A stretch of DNA of 64,000 nucleotides from Syncephalis fuscata S228. Lineage: Eukaryota; Fungi; Zoopagomycota. Where the stretch lies: the NCBI GenBank assembly GCA_025786725.1, contig JAHLTZ010000032.1, positions 248,001 to 312,000 of the forward strand, read 5' to 3'. This document shows, piece by piece, positions 13,282 through 26,377 of this stretch. The first letter of the stretch is position 1; the number at the start of each line of letters is the position of its first letter. The notes under the pieces are model-generated. The model made no database searches, was not told where the DNA came from, and saw nothing but the letters and a program-made list of their open reading frames with translations. The position numbers and the translations under genes are program-made.

Positions 13282-13549
13282 TTATACAATAAATATTATT
13301 ATTAAATGTTATTAAATTAAACAATTTAAAAGCTTAATTCATAGTTTACACAAAATGAGTCATGAAACGCGTTTAATTTCTTTATTTTGCTAATATTTGC
13401 TCGTTTCTTTTTATTAATTTACTCACCGTGCCTACTTCTTTCTTTCTCTCTTTCTCTCTTTCTCTCTCTCTTTCTTTTAGTAATACGCATTAGTTTAGCT
13501 ACTCTTTAGTTATTGGTGGTGTTCAATATTACCAATTGCACTTGTTATA

Positions 13550-16202
13550 ATGCAGCCTCCCAATAATAGCCAACTATTGCAAACAGTCGACAATGACCAA
13601 TTAGCGTCGACTCAACCGTTAAACCACCCAGCTGACAACAGCTTGTCACAGGTGCCTATGCATAGACCACGTCAATGGGAAACAATGACAGAAGAGGAAC
13701 GTGAACAACTATGTGGCTGGCTCGAAGTGTCGGATGAGCGTAAGACACGTAAGATTTGAGAACATTTAATTGCAATATTTATATATATCTATATACTAAT
13801 TGTACCACTATTATTCTTTCTCATTTGAAATAGATATACTGTTATATGACCAAAAAGAAATAGTCGTAGGACGCGATAAAACTTGGTAGGCTATTTTATA
13901 TCAATTATTTATTCATAATGATTTGGTTTTAATCCATCTTAGTGACTATATTATGCTTGAACCGTTTGTTTCAAAGAAACAATTTCGAGTCTATGCAGTA
14001 AGCTATTAACAAGTATAAGTATATAATTGCTAATACTTTTATATATAGATTGGTGATTTAGTTATTTGTGTGGTAAGTCATGGCAATACTTGTTAAAGTG
14101 GTATTAATCAATAGTATTAGGATATGAGTACCAATGGTACAATATGTAAGCCAGTATTATATTTAATTGCTCTTTTGATACTTATAGACTAACTAGGGAA
14201 TCAAACAAAATTTTCAAAGGGCGATGAAATAATTATTCGTCCAAATGACACACTTCAAGCCTATCAATCACATAGTAAGTAATAGAATGGTTGTATTATA
14301 AAATCACTAATGTAATATAAATAGTTGTATTCAAGTTCTGTAAGATTCTAGAAAACTATTCTCAGCCAAAAGATTCGAGTAAAGATTATGAAGAGGTGAA
14401 TTCGTTCAATTACAAATACGATCTATTAGCTGACGAGTCTTTATTCAACAGAAATTAGGACGTAAATATCGACTAACTCTAAACTGTTGGGCAGGTAAAT
14501 AGATTAGCATTATAGTATTTACAGCTGACTCACTGCTATACTATGATATTGTTAGTGGCACCTTTTCTGAGGTTTATATGGGAGTGTGTAAATCAACAAG
14601 AACTCGAGTGGCCATTAAAGTGTCCAAGAAATCGTACTTCAAGGAGCATACCATTAATAAACATGGAACAAACTATCTTGAAGAGATGAGACGCTTAAAC
14701 AAGCAAAAGGACATCCTAATGTAGTTAGATTCCATGAAATGATAGACACAGAGCATCATATTTATACAATTATACAATATGCTGCCGGTGGAGATTTATT
14801 TGAATATTTCTCCAAGCAATCATGTCTACCTGAACTCAAGGCTAAATATATTATATTCCAAATATTACACGGACTCAAGGTAAGCAGTTATGGCAACCTA
14901 TTATAGCTATTTATTTATAATAATCATATAAATAGCATTGCATGATCTTAATATTATACACCGAGGTGAGTAATATTATTAGGTATATAACTGTTTATAT
15001 TAATATTAATATCTGTAATTTGTTTGATAGATTTAAAGGAAGTCAATAATACCAATATTAACAATAATAAAAGAACAATAGTTATGACCATAAATACTAA
15101 CCTTTTTATTCAGCCCGAAAATGTATTACTGGTGCAAGAAGAAGAATATCCACGCATATTAATCACCGATTTCGGTATGGCACGTTTTCTGGTTCAAAAC
15201 GATATTCATCGGAAAACTCTGTGTGGAACACAGCATTATTTGGCCCCAGATGTACTTATAAGTAATACGGATATAGAATCCGTCTACAGTAAATTGAAGA
15301 CACGATATCCTGCTGCCGCTAAAAGGTTACTTCAACTGAACTTTACCGACGATGGTTATGGTATGGAAGTCGATCTATGGAGTGTTGGTGTAATATTATA
15401 TGTACTATTGTCAGGTAAGTGGTATAGAGAATATTGTAGAATTGTTATTACTGTAAGTATGTCTAATTTAGTAATAAATATAATAGCCACTACGCCATAT
15501 AATTCAAATGGCACTCCACCCAGTGCTTTACTCATCCAAATTCTTACAGAAGACTTGGAGTTTCCTGATGAACATTGGCTGAACATTTCCATTGAAGGTA
15601 AGTGTAGCAGCTAGTATATAGACTGTATGTATTCTAATCTATCTAATCTATCTAATCTATCTTCTCTAGCTAAACATTTTATATCAAGGCTGCTCGATAC
15701 GAATAGAAAGACACGCTACACCGTCCATGAAGCACTTAAAGACCCATGGATTGTAGCTGATGAATACGATATGAGAATGCGGTTTAGTGAAAAATTGAAC
15801 ACACAGTCGACACCAATGGGCAACATTGTTCTTACACAAACTCAAAAGAATCCGGCTGATCAATCCCTATTGCCTCATACTAAGCGATCAAAGATCAATG
15901 TAGCCAGCCAGCCTACCCGAGAAGCCACCATGCTGTTGAATAACACCGATAGCTATGACAGCAGTTTATCTGGATATGAAACACATTGCAAGGATGCAGA
16001 AGTACCTCTAGCAAATGAAAGCGAACTGCCGCCTTCACAAGAAATTGAAGAAGAATACGCTTTACTTGCCAAACGGCACTATGGCGGTAAGTTATTAGCG
16101 GATACATTATAATAAATAATTAATATCATTAACTAATTCGCTAATTAATTAATTAATTAATAATTAATCAATTTAGATACAGGTGAAATTAGTTCGCAGT
16201 AG
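13550..16202 (+). CDS. FHA-domain Ser/Thr kinase, Chk2/Cds1/Mek1 family (many small exons; apparent 1-nt deletion ~14698)
   Basis: FHA motifs VGRDK..C, VSKKQF, DMSTNGT; kinase motifs GTFSEVY, VAIK, HPNVV, GGDLFEY, HRDLKPEN, TDFGMA, TLCGTQHYLAP, DLWSVG; SQ/TQ dipeptides at both ends. Confidence 0.85.
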
Positions 16203-16345
16203 CTATCATGATATGACCATTCAAACCGTCATTTAATTCAAACTTTCTATTATTATCTCCTATGTAGTATGCCATTAGTCACTGGTGATAGTTTACAATA
16301 AACAAGTAGTTGAAAAATGTTTATTATGTTCCATGACAACTATAG

Positions 16346-16808
16346 CATATGTTCTGTCTGTATGGCTGATCAACTGACCAGCATGCGAATAGACAAATCA
16401 TATGTCCTTAGCCAATGCATTTCGTGTGATGTCATTTAAATGTATTACTAATTGTTAACGCAAAGTAGTAACTCCAAGCCTTGTGGTGTATATCGTGTAG
16501 CTAACCAGTTTTCCCCACTCTGCATGGAATACTTTAGAACATGGTGTTTAATTGAAATACCATACAGTTAACATGGACTACCATGTGGTGATCAATAAAG
16601 AATCATGTGGTATATCATCATGTTCTTGTCAAGGCAAATGAACCATATGAAAGTATTTTGGCCCTATAGTATACTGGTCATTATATCATGTGGAATGCAT
16701 CATCAATGTCATTTGACCTACCATGCATTTATCAGTAATTAAGCATGTGTCGCTGTATAACATCTGATCGACCATATGGCGTTTGTAGTTATTGGACAAG
16801 CTATAAAA
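16346..16808 (+). promoter_or_regulatory. Cluster of CATRTG E-boxes plus TATA upstream of the small secreted peptide gene
   Basis: CATATG at 16346, 16399, 16644, 16773; CATGTG at 16582, 16604, 16687, 16744; TATAAAA at ~16802. Confidence 0.6.
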
Positions 16809-16982
16809 TAACAAAGTTAATGGCGTTCAATTGATTTCAACCTTATCGTCATCACCATTATACTAGTTTCGCTGATAAATACGCGCCCACCTTCACCACT
16901 GTATTTCAAAACACTATCTGTACGCCTCACTGTAATCTACTCCTAGTAACACCACTATAGCCATTCTGTTATTATCGCCGCT

Positions 16983-17159
16983 ATGACAAGCATCTCATCA
17001 AGTTTCATCAAAGTTGTCGCTTTGATTGCCGCTTCCGTTACTGGTGGTCATGCCGCTCCTGCTCCTGCTCTCACTGTTTGCACAAACGAGTCAAATATTG
17101 ATTTGATGGATACCGCCTTAAATCTTCACGGTACCAATCCTAAGCGCTACATCAGATAA
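16983..17159 (+). CDS. 58-aa small secreted peptide (absent from the ORF track)
   Basis: MTSISSSFIKVVALIAASVTGGHA|APAPALTVCTNESNIDLMDTALNLHGTNPKRYIR*; signal-peptide pattern followed by AP; C/T-ending codon bias; upstream TATA and downstream AATAAA. Confidence 0.7.
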   Translation: MTSISSSFIKVVALIAASVTGGHAAPAPALTVCTNESNIDLMDTALNLHGTNPKRYIR

Positions 17160-17496
17160 ACTATCTGTTGCAACAGTAACTAATGCAATAAACACTTAAT
17201 ATCAAACTGTATACTATTAGTATTAATTATTGTAGCTGTGTTGACTTATTTTATATAATTTTATTGATAACTAATACTTTTAGATTTATTCAAGCACTAT
17301 TGGATTTAATAGATAAATCAAATACACATTACATGTTATTTATAAGTTGGAATAATCAATAGCAATGGTGCTAATATAAGTGTTAGTATATAACTAAAAA
17401 GGTAAAACATTTGTGATTGCTATTTAATAAATGATAAATCTGAAGCAATATCGTCGTTTTTTCTTTTTATCTTTTTTTTTATTTCGTCGTTGCATC

Positions 17497-18096
17497 ATGC
17501 CGCCACAACGCCGCTCTCGCGTACACAAAAATAACAAGGCCATTAAGAAGGCACATCGTACGCGTAGACGAACGAAAGATATCCTTTTGAAAGCAGTGCT
17601 ATTAAATGAATGAATATGCGTAAATAATAGTCTTAACTACTAACAAAATACATTTGGACCAGATTCATGACGATCTTTTGCCAGAAAATGTTGAAAAGCT
17701 AAAGAACCAGCCATTGGATGCTGACTTGCCGGGCTTAGGTCAACACTACTGCGTTGAATGCAGGTAAGAGAAATGGCAATGTGCTAAATAGAGCGCTGTT
17801 TAACAATATGCATCACCGGCAATTGATAGTCGTTACTTCGTCTCTACCAGTGCTATGGAAGTGCACGTAAAGAGTAAGGCACATAAGAAGCGGTATGTAG
17901 CATATTAAGCAATGTTAAATGTAAACAAGCTACTAATAACTCTACTGGTAGACTACGCGAACTCAAAGATGAGCCGTATACACTAGCAGAAGCCGAGGCG
18001 GCCGTTGGATTGACGACTGAAAATCGACGTCCCACAACAACGGTAACCGCATCTACGACCACCAGCATAAGCAAAACTGCCATGGCTATGGATTAA
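17497..18096 (+). CDS. BUD20: Pre-60S zinc-finger factor Bud20/ZNF593
   Basis: [16 protein letters not shown]...[17 protein letters not shown]...[27 protein letters not shown]; first intron is U12 AT-AC. Confidence 0.94.
17579..17651 (+). other. U12-type (minor) AT-AC intron in BUD20
   Basis: Donor ATATCCTTTT, branch-like GTCTTAAC at 17630-17637, acceptor AC; removal gives [10 protein letters not shown]. Confidence 0.93.
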
Positions 18097-18319
18097 TATA
18101 CACATTGATATGCATAAATATGATAAAGTTGAATTACAAATAATAGCGTATGATAGTTGGTCATAATGAATATGTATTGATGAAAAGGAAATTTATTGGA
18201 ATTTGAAATGAAATTATCATGTATATAATTTACTTGTTATGCACTCACTAATATACATGTATGTGTATATGTATATATGTTTAAATCAGTATGTTACGTC
18301 TGTACCATATGATAGAATG

Positions 18320-19425
18320 CTACGAGGTAAAAATTCGTTCATAAACCAAATCCCCACAAATCGGTTCTACATCACGTAATAAATCACGCAGCCATGTACG
18401 CATGTATTCTGTGGTGAAAGAAGCAGCACGTAGGATAATGCCAGCTTTATCACGTGTATCCGACACCGACCAGACATGCTGTCGTGGTGCTTCCGTAAGA
18501 TGTGAAGACTTGGTCGGAGCAATGGATAATTTGTTATATTCAGCACGCACCCGTTCCACGACAGGACGCACACGACTACCATAAACAATCACCGTAGCAT
18601 GGCAGCGGTATGGCTCAAGCGCCTCAGCATAACGAGGCAGCTTTGTAGACGTAGCAGTAGGAGACTCAGTCTCTATTAATACAGCAGCTTTTGGATGTAG
18701 CGATGTTGGTGAAGGTGGACTACTATTTGTGCTGCTATTGTCGTCACAATCCATGTTGTCGCTTTCATCCATTTGCAGTAGTGTGCGGTCTGAAACGACC
18801 AATCTACCATGGCGATATAGCTCAATAGCACTGTCGTACTTGTGGAATTGCCACGTCTCGCCGTGTGCATCATGACGTCCACTGGTAAACCAATCAGCAA
18901 TAACAACTGAAGCGGATTCATCTTCTAATAAAAAGCGCTGACGCTGCACAAAATCTGCACCAGCAAAGCAAGTAATTGGTTCAGGTAATTGCAGTAGCAC
19001 AGCATTCTCTGCTACTTTGGCATCAACTCGTGAAAAGTCGTGCTGGATCCACCTGATGTGTCTGTGCCATCGTGACCTGCCAAAGGACTGGATGGGTTCA
19101 TAGATTGTCGCCGTTTATACACCTTAGTCGACCCTTGTGTAAGTAGTGTAAGGGCAGCGTTTGGCATAACGCGTACCTTCATGGAGGGACAATCGCCCGA
19201 GACTAGGCCTCCACTAGAATGGTGTTAGTATGTATGTCATCGATCCATTGCAGCCTAATCATCAACTTACCCATAGCTTAAGGCATAAACTAATGCCGAG
19301 CGTTCTTGATGGGCGCGGGGTGCAAGTAATTTTAACGGATAACGAGCCCGCATCACCGGAAGACATGCCTTGCCGTTAGGACCTAACTCGCAGCGTACTT
19401 CGCCGTCGCCAGCTTCTAACATCAT
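18320..19425 (-). CDS. URED: Urease accessory protein UreD/UreH (apparent 1-nt deletion ~19033)
   Basis: YPLKLLAP, YGGGLVSGD, LTLLTQGSTKVYK, LPEPITCF...F.Q.Q, DWFTSGR..GETWQF. Confidence 0.92.
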
Positions 19426-20145
19426 TTTGCTAGTAAGTCGTAGAAATAGCAGTAGTGGTAGTATAGGTAAAAAAGTTGTAGTATTGAATAAAAGAGCAGA
19501 GGAGTATAAACCAATGGGGCTTTAAATTCTTAAAGGGGTACTGCTATATCTGGCGTATTTACTATATATATATATACGCACAACAATCATACAAACAGCG
19601 AGTAGTTATTATGAAACAGCAGAGAAAGCTAGAGGTTTAAGAAAACTAGCTACAAGTAGCAATTGGACAGTGAGCTTTTATATTCGCATTGTTTCTATGG
19701 AAGGCCCTTAGCTAGATGCATGGTCCATCACGCAGTCTACAATTCCATCATATTGTAGCTCAATATGGCTGACGATTGAAACATTGGTGTCTGTTTATCT
19801 GATTCAATAAACGGTGATACATACACGACTACAACATATTAGTTGTATTAACAACAAATGATTTATTTTATATGTCAATTAATGATAGCCGTGTGGTAAT
19901 TAAATGATATGCATTACGTCATGTATTTTCCCTACATACCTACCATTTCACGGTGCGTGTCCTGACATGCCAATAACTGACTAGGTCGTCCTGTTTCTCA
20001 AGGCAATGATGTCATAGTTTAACTATGAAGATAATAACTGAATTGGACATAGAGTAGACAGCATGTTGTATTGGATAGAATAGGCCGCGCTTATTTGCTT
20101 TTCTTTTTTTACTTGTACGCGTCTTTTTGTCGATCTTTAATTAGT

Positions 20146-21747
20146 ATGGCATGTACTGAAACTGAAACTGAATTGCAAAAGAATGACCGCTTTGCAGCCT
20201 TCTATCTACGCCGATTAGTACGCGAGAATCATGGCGGTGCAATCACGCAGCTTTCTGTTCATCCGCGCCATTTGAACTTGGTGGCTACGGTTGGTGCGAG
20301 TCAAGTAAGTTCAGTGCCAGTAATCTATGCAGCTTGCTAATAAAGCGGCCAAAAGGCAAGCGTCTATGATAATGAGCACTGCGGTGACCACCTCGATGTT
20401 GTCACCAACTATGAAGCACCCTATAATGAGACAACCAATGAAGCAGCGGTAAGCTAAGCTAAATAAATTGACGCGCTGTAGGAGGGTAATTAATTTGAAT
20501 GATAGTCGCTAAGCTGCTGTGCGTGGATATGCGTACATCCTGAGCCTCAAGATGCATGGCTTGCTGTGGGTGGTCGAGATGGCGTGGTTAGATTACTAAG
20601 TATTACACGATCAGCGGAATTCCGTCGCTTGGGTGCAGCGGCCGGTAAGTTGTAGTGAGTAGAATATCATAACCCGCTAACGATTATAGAGTAGATCTGC
20701 CGGCTGTTGTAGATCTATGCGCGCATCCAAGTCGGCCCATTTTACTTGTTGCCTATGCCGATGGTAGTGTACGTTGCTGGAAATTAACGGACAATGGCTT
20801 ATGTCTCTGTGTGTGGGAGCTGAATGCAACATCGTTGGTAAGTTGATACGTGCCAAGCAGACAATAGTTAATACAGGTGTTTATAATAGTGTATAGGCAC
20901 GGACGACAATGTTTTTCTAGTTGGTATGCGAACAGGAGAGATTCACGCTGTAGTTATGCCATCTGAAACGGAGGCGAATCCTACGCCAACAACCGAATTA
21001 CTGCTTAAACCACATAGTGCAGCTGTTGGTTAGTGTAGTATAGGTATGATAAATGTTAGCTAATTAATATATTTGTAATAGACAATTTAGAAATCGTAAA
21101 TGACACATTGATATCTAAATCACGAAATGGTAAACTGATATTCTGGTCCAACAGTGAACGCAATGTAAATAAATAGACAGAAAATAAATAATACTGGACG
21201 TTAAATTGTGTTATATATAGATATTACATACGATTCAGTTACGTGGTGGATTGACTATCGTTGCCGTTTTGGTATAAGGTATAAAAGTGAAAATATGCAA
21301 TAAATAGACTACTTAACGAGAATAGTCAATGTGGCCAATTTATTTGTGTAGGCGATCCTGATGGACGTGTTACCATTTATAATTGTTCAAATGGTCGGGC
21401 TGTTCGTGAACTACATCATCGTAGATCTAATCGGCCTGTGCTTTGCTGTCAATTTGCCAGACAAGATACGTAAGTAATCAGATAACTAATACAATAGTAT
21501 TACTAACTATACCAATGCTAGTAATGTACTTGTCGTTGGTGAAGATGGTTGTATGTGGCGTTGGGATTACGTGGATCCAGAGACATTGGCCCGTTGGCAA
21601 CAAGCTCGTACTGAGATTTCTCAACAGATGGCAGCTGCAGCAGCGGCGACAGCGGCAGCGGTAGCAGCAGAAGCTACAGCAGCAACAACAACAATAGCAG
21701 AAGACGCAGAGACGGCTATAGATGATACTCTATCCTCGGAGTTGTGA
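20146..21747 (+). CDS. EED/ESC-like WD40 protein (apparent 1-nt indel ~21250)
   Basis: RENHG...LVATVG..Q.SVYD...CCAW...LAVGG.DG.VRLL, CRFGI..C...ICVGD.DG.V.IY and EDGCMWRWD parallel EED EDH..FATVG..CAW..LAVAG..G.IRII...DDASIWRWD. Confidence 0.6.
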
Positions 21748-22876
21748 AGAAACCTTATTGATCATTAATAAATATTATTACTATTAGTTACGTTAAATCA
21801 GTAAAACTTTAATTATTATTTTAATATATAATCACTCATTTACTATGTAAAACACATAGCTGTATAAACGGTGCTGTTATCTATGCAAGTTAATATGCCA
21901 TTTTTAAAACATGCCAATATTACATCATTAATTTGTTAATGATCTATTTTATGCTATATTGGTTTTTTAAATAGATTGCTTTCTATTTATTAGTATTATT
22001 ATTATTAATATTAATATTTAAATTCTTACTACAAGTATTACTTTATGTATGTATAAATACTGTCAGTTAATGCATTTTTTTTAGTTTATTAGAACATAAA
22101 ATGATATAAATACAGATGATTATTCATAGCATAGCATAGAGCCGGATGAATGAATAAAATAAGCTACATCAATAATCATATTAAATCTATGATGCATACC
22201 ATTGAAGAGGTACAATAACGCAATAAATTAATATTTATTACAAAACAGTTGATGTTAAATAGGCAATATCTTTGAAGTAGTACGAATAGTATATAATAAA
22301 ATGGTGCGATACGTTAGTACAAATATGCAATGGGAAACTAGCAGATGGATAAAGGATATATGCGTACAAACTAATGATGATGATAAATTTATGATGATGA
22401 CTACTTTGACATCTGATGTCATTCATCTTCCGTCCTCATCTTCAATAGAGCAAATGTAAAGTTTGATTATACAATATTGCTAAATAAAATCATTTAGCCA
22501 CCAATCACATTGATGATTAGTAAATTACTTAATATGAATGTAATGCCGTTAATGCAATCAATGAAACAATTGCCTAAATACATCACTGGCACTATTGCTA
22601 AAATGACGACATGACTACAATTGTATTGGGAATAGTCGATTCTAATATACCATCTCTATTAAAAAATCAGGCAGTCGTCATTAAAGTTTCAGATAGTTGT
22701 AATACTGTTTTAGACAAAACCAAAAATAAAACAGCTTTGTTTTATTTAAGACAAATATTTATTGGTTACCCAGCTATGGTGGATAGCTTGCTTATGACTG
22801 ATATCTTTACTTATTTCTCATATGCTTGTATGAATAACCAGCCATTACTAGCAATTTTTAGCAACATTGGTTCAAT

Positions 22877-25800
22877 ATGACTTTAGTTGACACTATTCAA
22901 TCGTTTTTCTATCATAAAGATGGCTCGTCTACGGATGATACTATGAGAGAACATGGAAAAAGGCTAGCCGAGATGGTGGCCAATGCAAAGGAACAGATGA
23001 TCCGTGCGTATGGCCGATCGGCAGAAGAACTTGGTCGATTAGCACAAGATTTAGAAGAGGCAGAGCGACGTGCCGATGCTATTCGTCGTCGTGGTAAAAC
23101 ACGGGTTGAAGTTGATCGTGACTGGTCAGCTGGTTATTTCCACGGCAAGCTTGACCAAGCAACGGGACGACCACGACAAACACTCGATCAGATTTACGCG
23201 ACCAGTCGAGAAAATCCCGATTGGGCTATAGGCTATTTCCGCGGCCGATTGGACGAAGCACGCGATATTTCCGAGACTGCGTTTAATCGGGCCCGTGAAA
23301 ATGGATGGCAAATGGCCGAAAGTCTATGGAGCTCAACGCAAGACGCCGCCTCTTATCTAAAAGATAAAGGCCAATCCATTGTTTGGAGCGGTAAAGAATG
23401 GGTAACGGCACAGATTGACGACAACGGCAGCGACAAATACGAAGCAGCAACTACCGACAAGGATTTACTTAAAATACCCGGGCAAGGCTGGCTTAATCAT
23501 ATTTACAGTGAAATTAAATCAGCTGCAGTTGAACGTGCCAAGTATAATCGTGAACAGACACGGGAGCATGCGCAAGAAGTTGAGGATATGGCCGAAAGCA
23601 TTCTGCACGAAACGAATCATTTAGGCGATAAATTGGCCCATATAGCCGGAGAAGTAAAATCGCATTTGAACCATATGATTACTGGCGATAGTTCAGAAAT
23701 AGATAATGAGCCATCGCCACGTTTTGGAGAACAAATGAGTAAAACGGCTGAGAAGATAAAAGATAGAGCAACATTAAAAGCAGGACAAGTATACGATGAT
23801 GTCACTCATGTTAAAGACGAGGCTACAAACTTATTCGAATCAATGACCGATAACAATTGGTATTTGAACAAGGATAAATATCATAACATGCAAGATTATG
23901 TTCAGTCCTTTAAAGATTCAATGTTGGATAGCACAAGTGAAAATGTTAAAGATCGATTGGAATACGAGGCCAGACATTTACGCGACAAATCACACGCTAT
24001 GTTAAGCGATGCCAAAGACACGATGCAAGAGATGTATATAAACTACGTGATAAGGTCACTGATAGTGACACAGCGAAGCAAGTTAAAGATGAATTTAATC
24101 GCCGTGCTGCCCATGCCGGCGATAAGGCGCAGTCAATGGCAAAGGAAGCAAAGCACAGCGTTGAAAAGAATGCAAAGGATGCAAACACAAGCTTGAAGAG
24201 GGTGCAGGAAATGTAAAGCACAAGGTTGAAAAGAATGCAAAGAAGCAAAGCATAAGCTTGAAGAGGATGCAGGAAATATAAAGCACAAGGTTGAAAAGAA
24301 TGCAAAAGATGCAAAGCACAAGCTTGAAGAGGTGCAGGAAATGTAAAGCACAAGGTTGAAAAGAATGCAAAGGAGCAAAGCATAAGCTTGAAAAGGACAC
24401 GAAAGAAGCTAAAAAGGCCACACACAATATGTTACAAGATTTGATTGCCAATGTACGTGAACAATTAAGTCGTAGCGGCGAATGGGCTCGTGATCATGTT
24501 TATCCTGCCACCAAGTTAAAGATAGTTGGCTTGAGAATCACAACGATAATGAAGCATTAAATGCCAACGATTTTGCTACAAAAAGCCGATCAATAGCTGC
24601 CAATTATTTGGCACAACAAGTGATTGCTTTGACCCAACAATCGGATCAAACAGTGAGTGCTACGCGCCGTAATATCGATGCACTTGAAAAAGAGCTTGAT
24701 CGAAATTTACACGACGTTGTAAGTCGGGTACAACGTGCTGGTCGCAACAATGACGCAAAAAAGGCAATTGCCGAAGCAGATAAAAATCGACTTATTATGT
24801 ACGTACGTGCTACACTTGCTCGTATTGAACGTGATGCTCGTGATGGCTACTCAGCCATCCAAGAAATGCGTGACGATACATCCGATCAAATTCAGCAATA
24901 TCATTCACTGACTGGACAACAGCAGCGTGTTCAATTACCCGAAAGTAATTCGTTAGACGCTCGATTTGATGGATTATCACAGCGAGTTATGCAACAAATC
25001 AATCAAGCTGAAGAATGGGCCCGTCGTCGGTATGAAGTTAGTCGTAAAATGCGACATCGGGCTGAATTGGCCATGGAAGGTGATTTAAGTGAATTTGTTG
25101 ATAGTTTACGTGGCTGGCTTGACATGGCACACCAACTGGCCGAGCAGCATCACGAACAAATGATGACAGAAAGCCGAGTACTTGGTAATGAACTAGTTAG
25201 TCAATTTGATCCATATTATTCAGTATTGCAAAAAGGAGAGCAGCCTGTGGCGTCTTTATTGGCATCATTGCCAAATAAACAAAAAGATAGCCAGTCACAC
25301 CAACAGCAATATTATCATTACCGTCGTTTACCACAGAGCGACAAATCATCCACAATACTTGGTAATACCGTTCAGTCATGGTGGCACTGGTTTATTGGCG
25401 ATCAAGCCGATAGTTATATGGGCCAAAACCGACATGCCTTATCCACGAAGACAGCAGCTCAGTTGGCCCGCGAACAATTAGCATTTGCCCATAACGAGTC
25501 GGCAGCCATGCTCTGGCCATTATCCACTCTACATGACGCTGTTTCGCACGCGCGGTCACAAATTGAAGCGGTGTACGACCGATGGATACACCATGAGCCT
25601 GAGCATGCGTTATGGCATAAACAACATCATGCTTACGATCGTATTAAAGATGGCCATGGCTATCATCCATTGCTTAACAAGGCGGATGAGCCACCAGCAC
25701 CGCAGCATCGATACAGACCCAGTTTATCTGGTCAGTTTGGCTATCAATACTTGCCGAGCACTGTGCAAAATACCATGGATGAGCTGCCATTAACTATGAT

Positions 25801-26377
25801 GTATGGCACAGGTCTACTAATTCTAATGGCTATTTTTATTGGTTTAAAACGTCAAAAAGAACGAATAGCACACAAAACGGTCATCACCACTATTGATGAA
25901 GCTAATGTTTACGAAAGACCAGCCCGAATGGTAACACGCAGTATGCAAGAGGATACGTATTGTGAAACATCTCAGGACAAAGATCAGGCCACAGCAGAGC
26001 CGCTCCGAGAGAATCTACTACGCCGCACTGCGTCCACTTCATCCATTAGCGTTCCTTCCTCATCGTTAACCGGTAGAGTCTATGCCAATGCCAATGCCTT
26101 AGTTAATGCCACCGATACACTTTTCCACATGGTATATACGCTGCCGGTAGCACTACCGCTTCTCGGTATTCTAGAGTATGTAGGCTACACACCCTGGGTA
26201 TTACACGCACTCTACATCAGCTTTACCGTCGGCCAAGTATGCCAGGCTATGCGCGATGCTATCACACATAAAGGCCGATGCTGGTCTGACGTTGGCGAGG
26301 CGACTACAATAGGCGTTATTGTGCTGGCAAGTCTCTTCTCCTTCTATACATCACTAAGTGGACAGCCTTTAGTGTAG
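22877..26377 (+). CDS. Large helical protein with LEA3-like 11-mer repeats and C-terminal TM segments (several 1-nt deletions 24030-24520)
   Basis: ORFs 22877-24196 and 24608-26377 join into one ~1170-aa intronless frame when single bases are restored in purine runs; hydrophobic segments near the C-terminus. Confidence 0.7.
24140..24400 (+). repeat. ~66-bp tandem repeat (about 4 units) encoding AKHKVEKNAKE/AKHKLEEDAGN 11-mers
   Basis: Recurring aagcacaaggttgaaaagaatgcaaa and aagcttgaagaggrtgcaggaaat. Confidence 0.9.

Noticed and set aside
19509-19525. ACCAATGGGGCT resembling RNase MRP CR-V
   Set aside because: No matching upstream CR-I/P4 half; it lies in the UreD promoter.
24140-24400. CRISPR-like repeat array
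   Set aside because: Contiguous coding tandem repeat without unique spacers, in a eukaryotic gene.
23997-24451. Cys/Leu/Phe-rich antisense ORFs
   Set aside because: Shadow frames of the purine-rich LEA-like tandem repeat.
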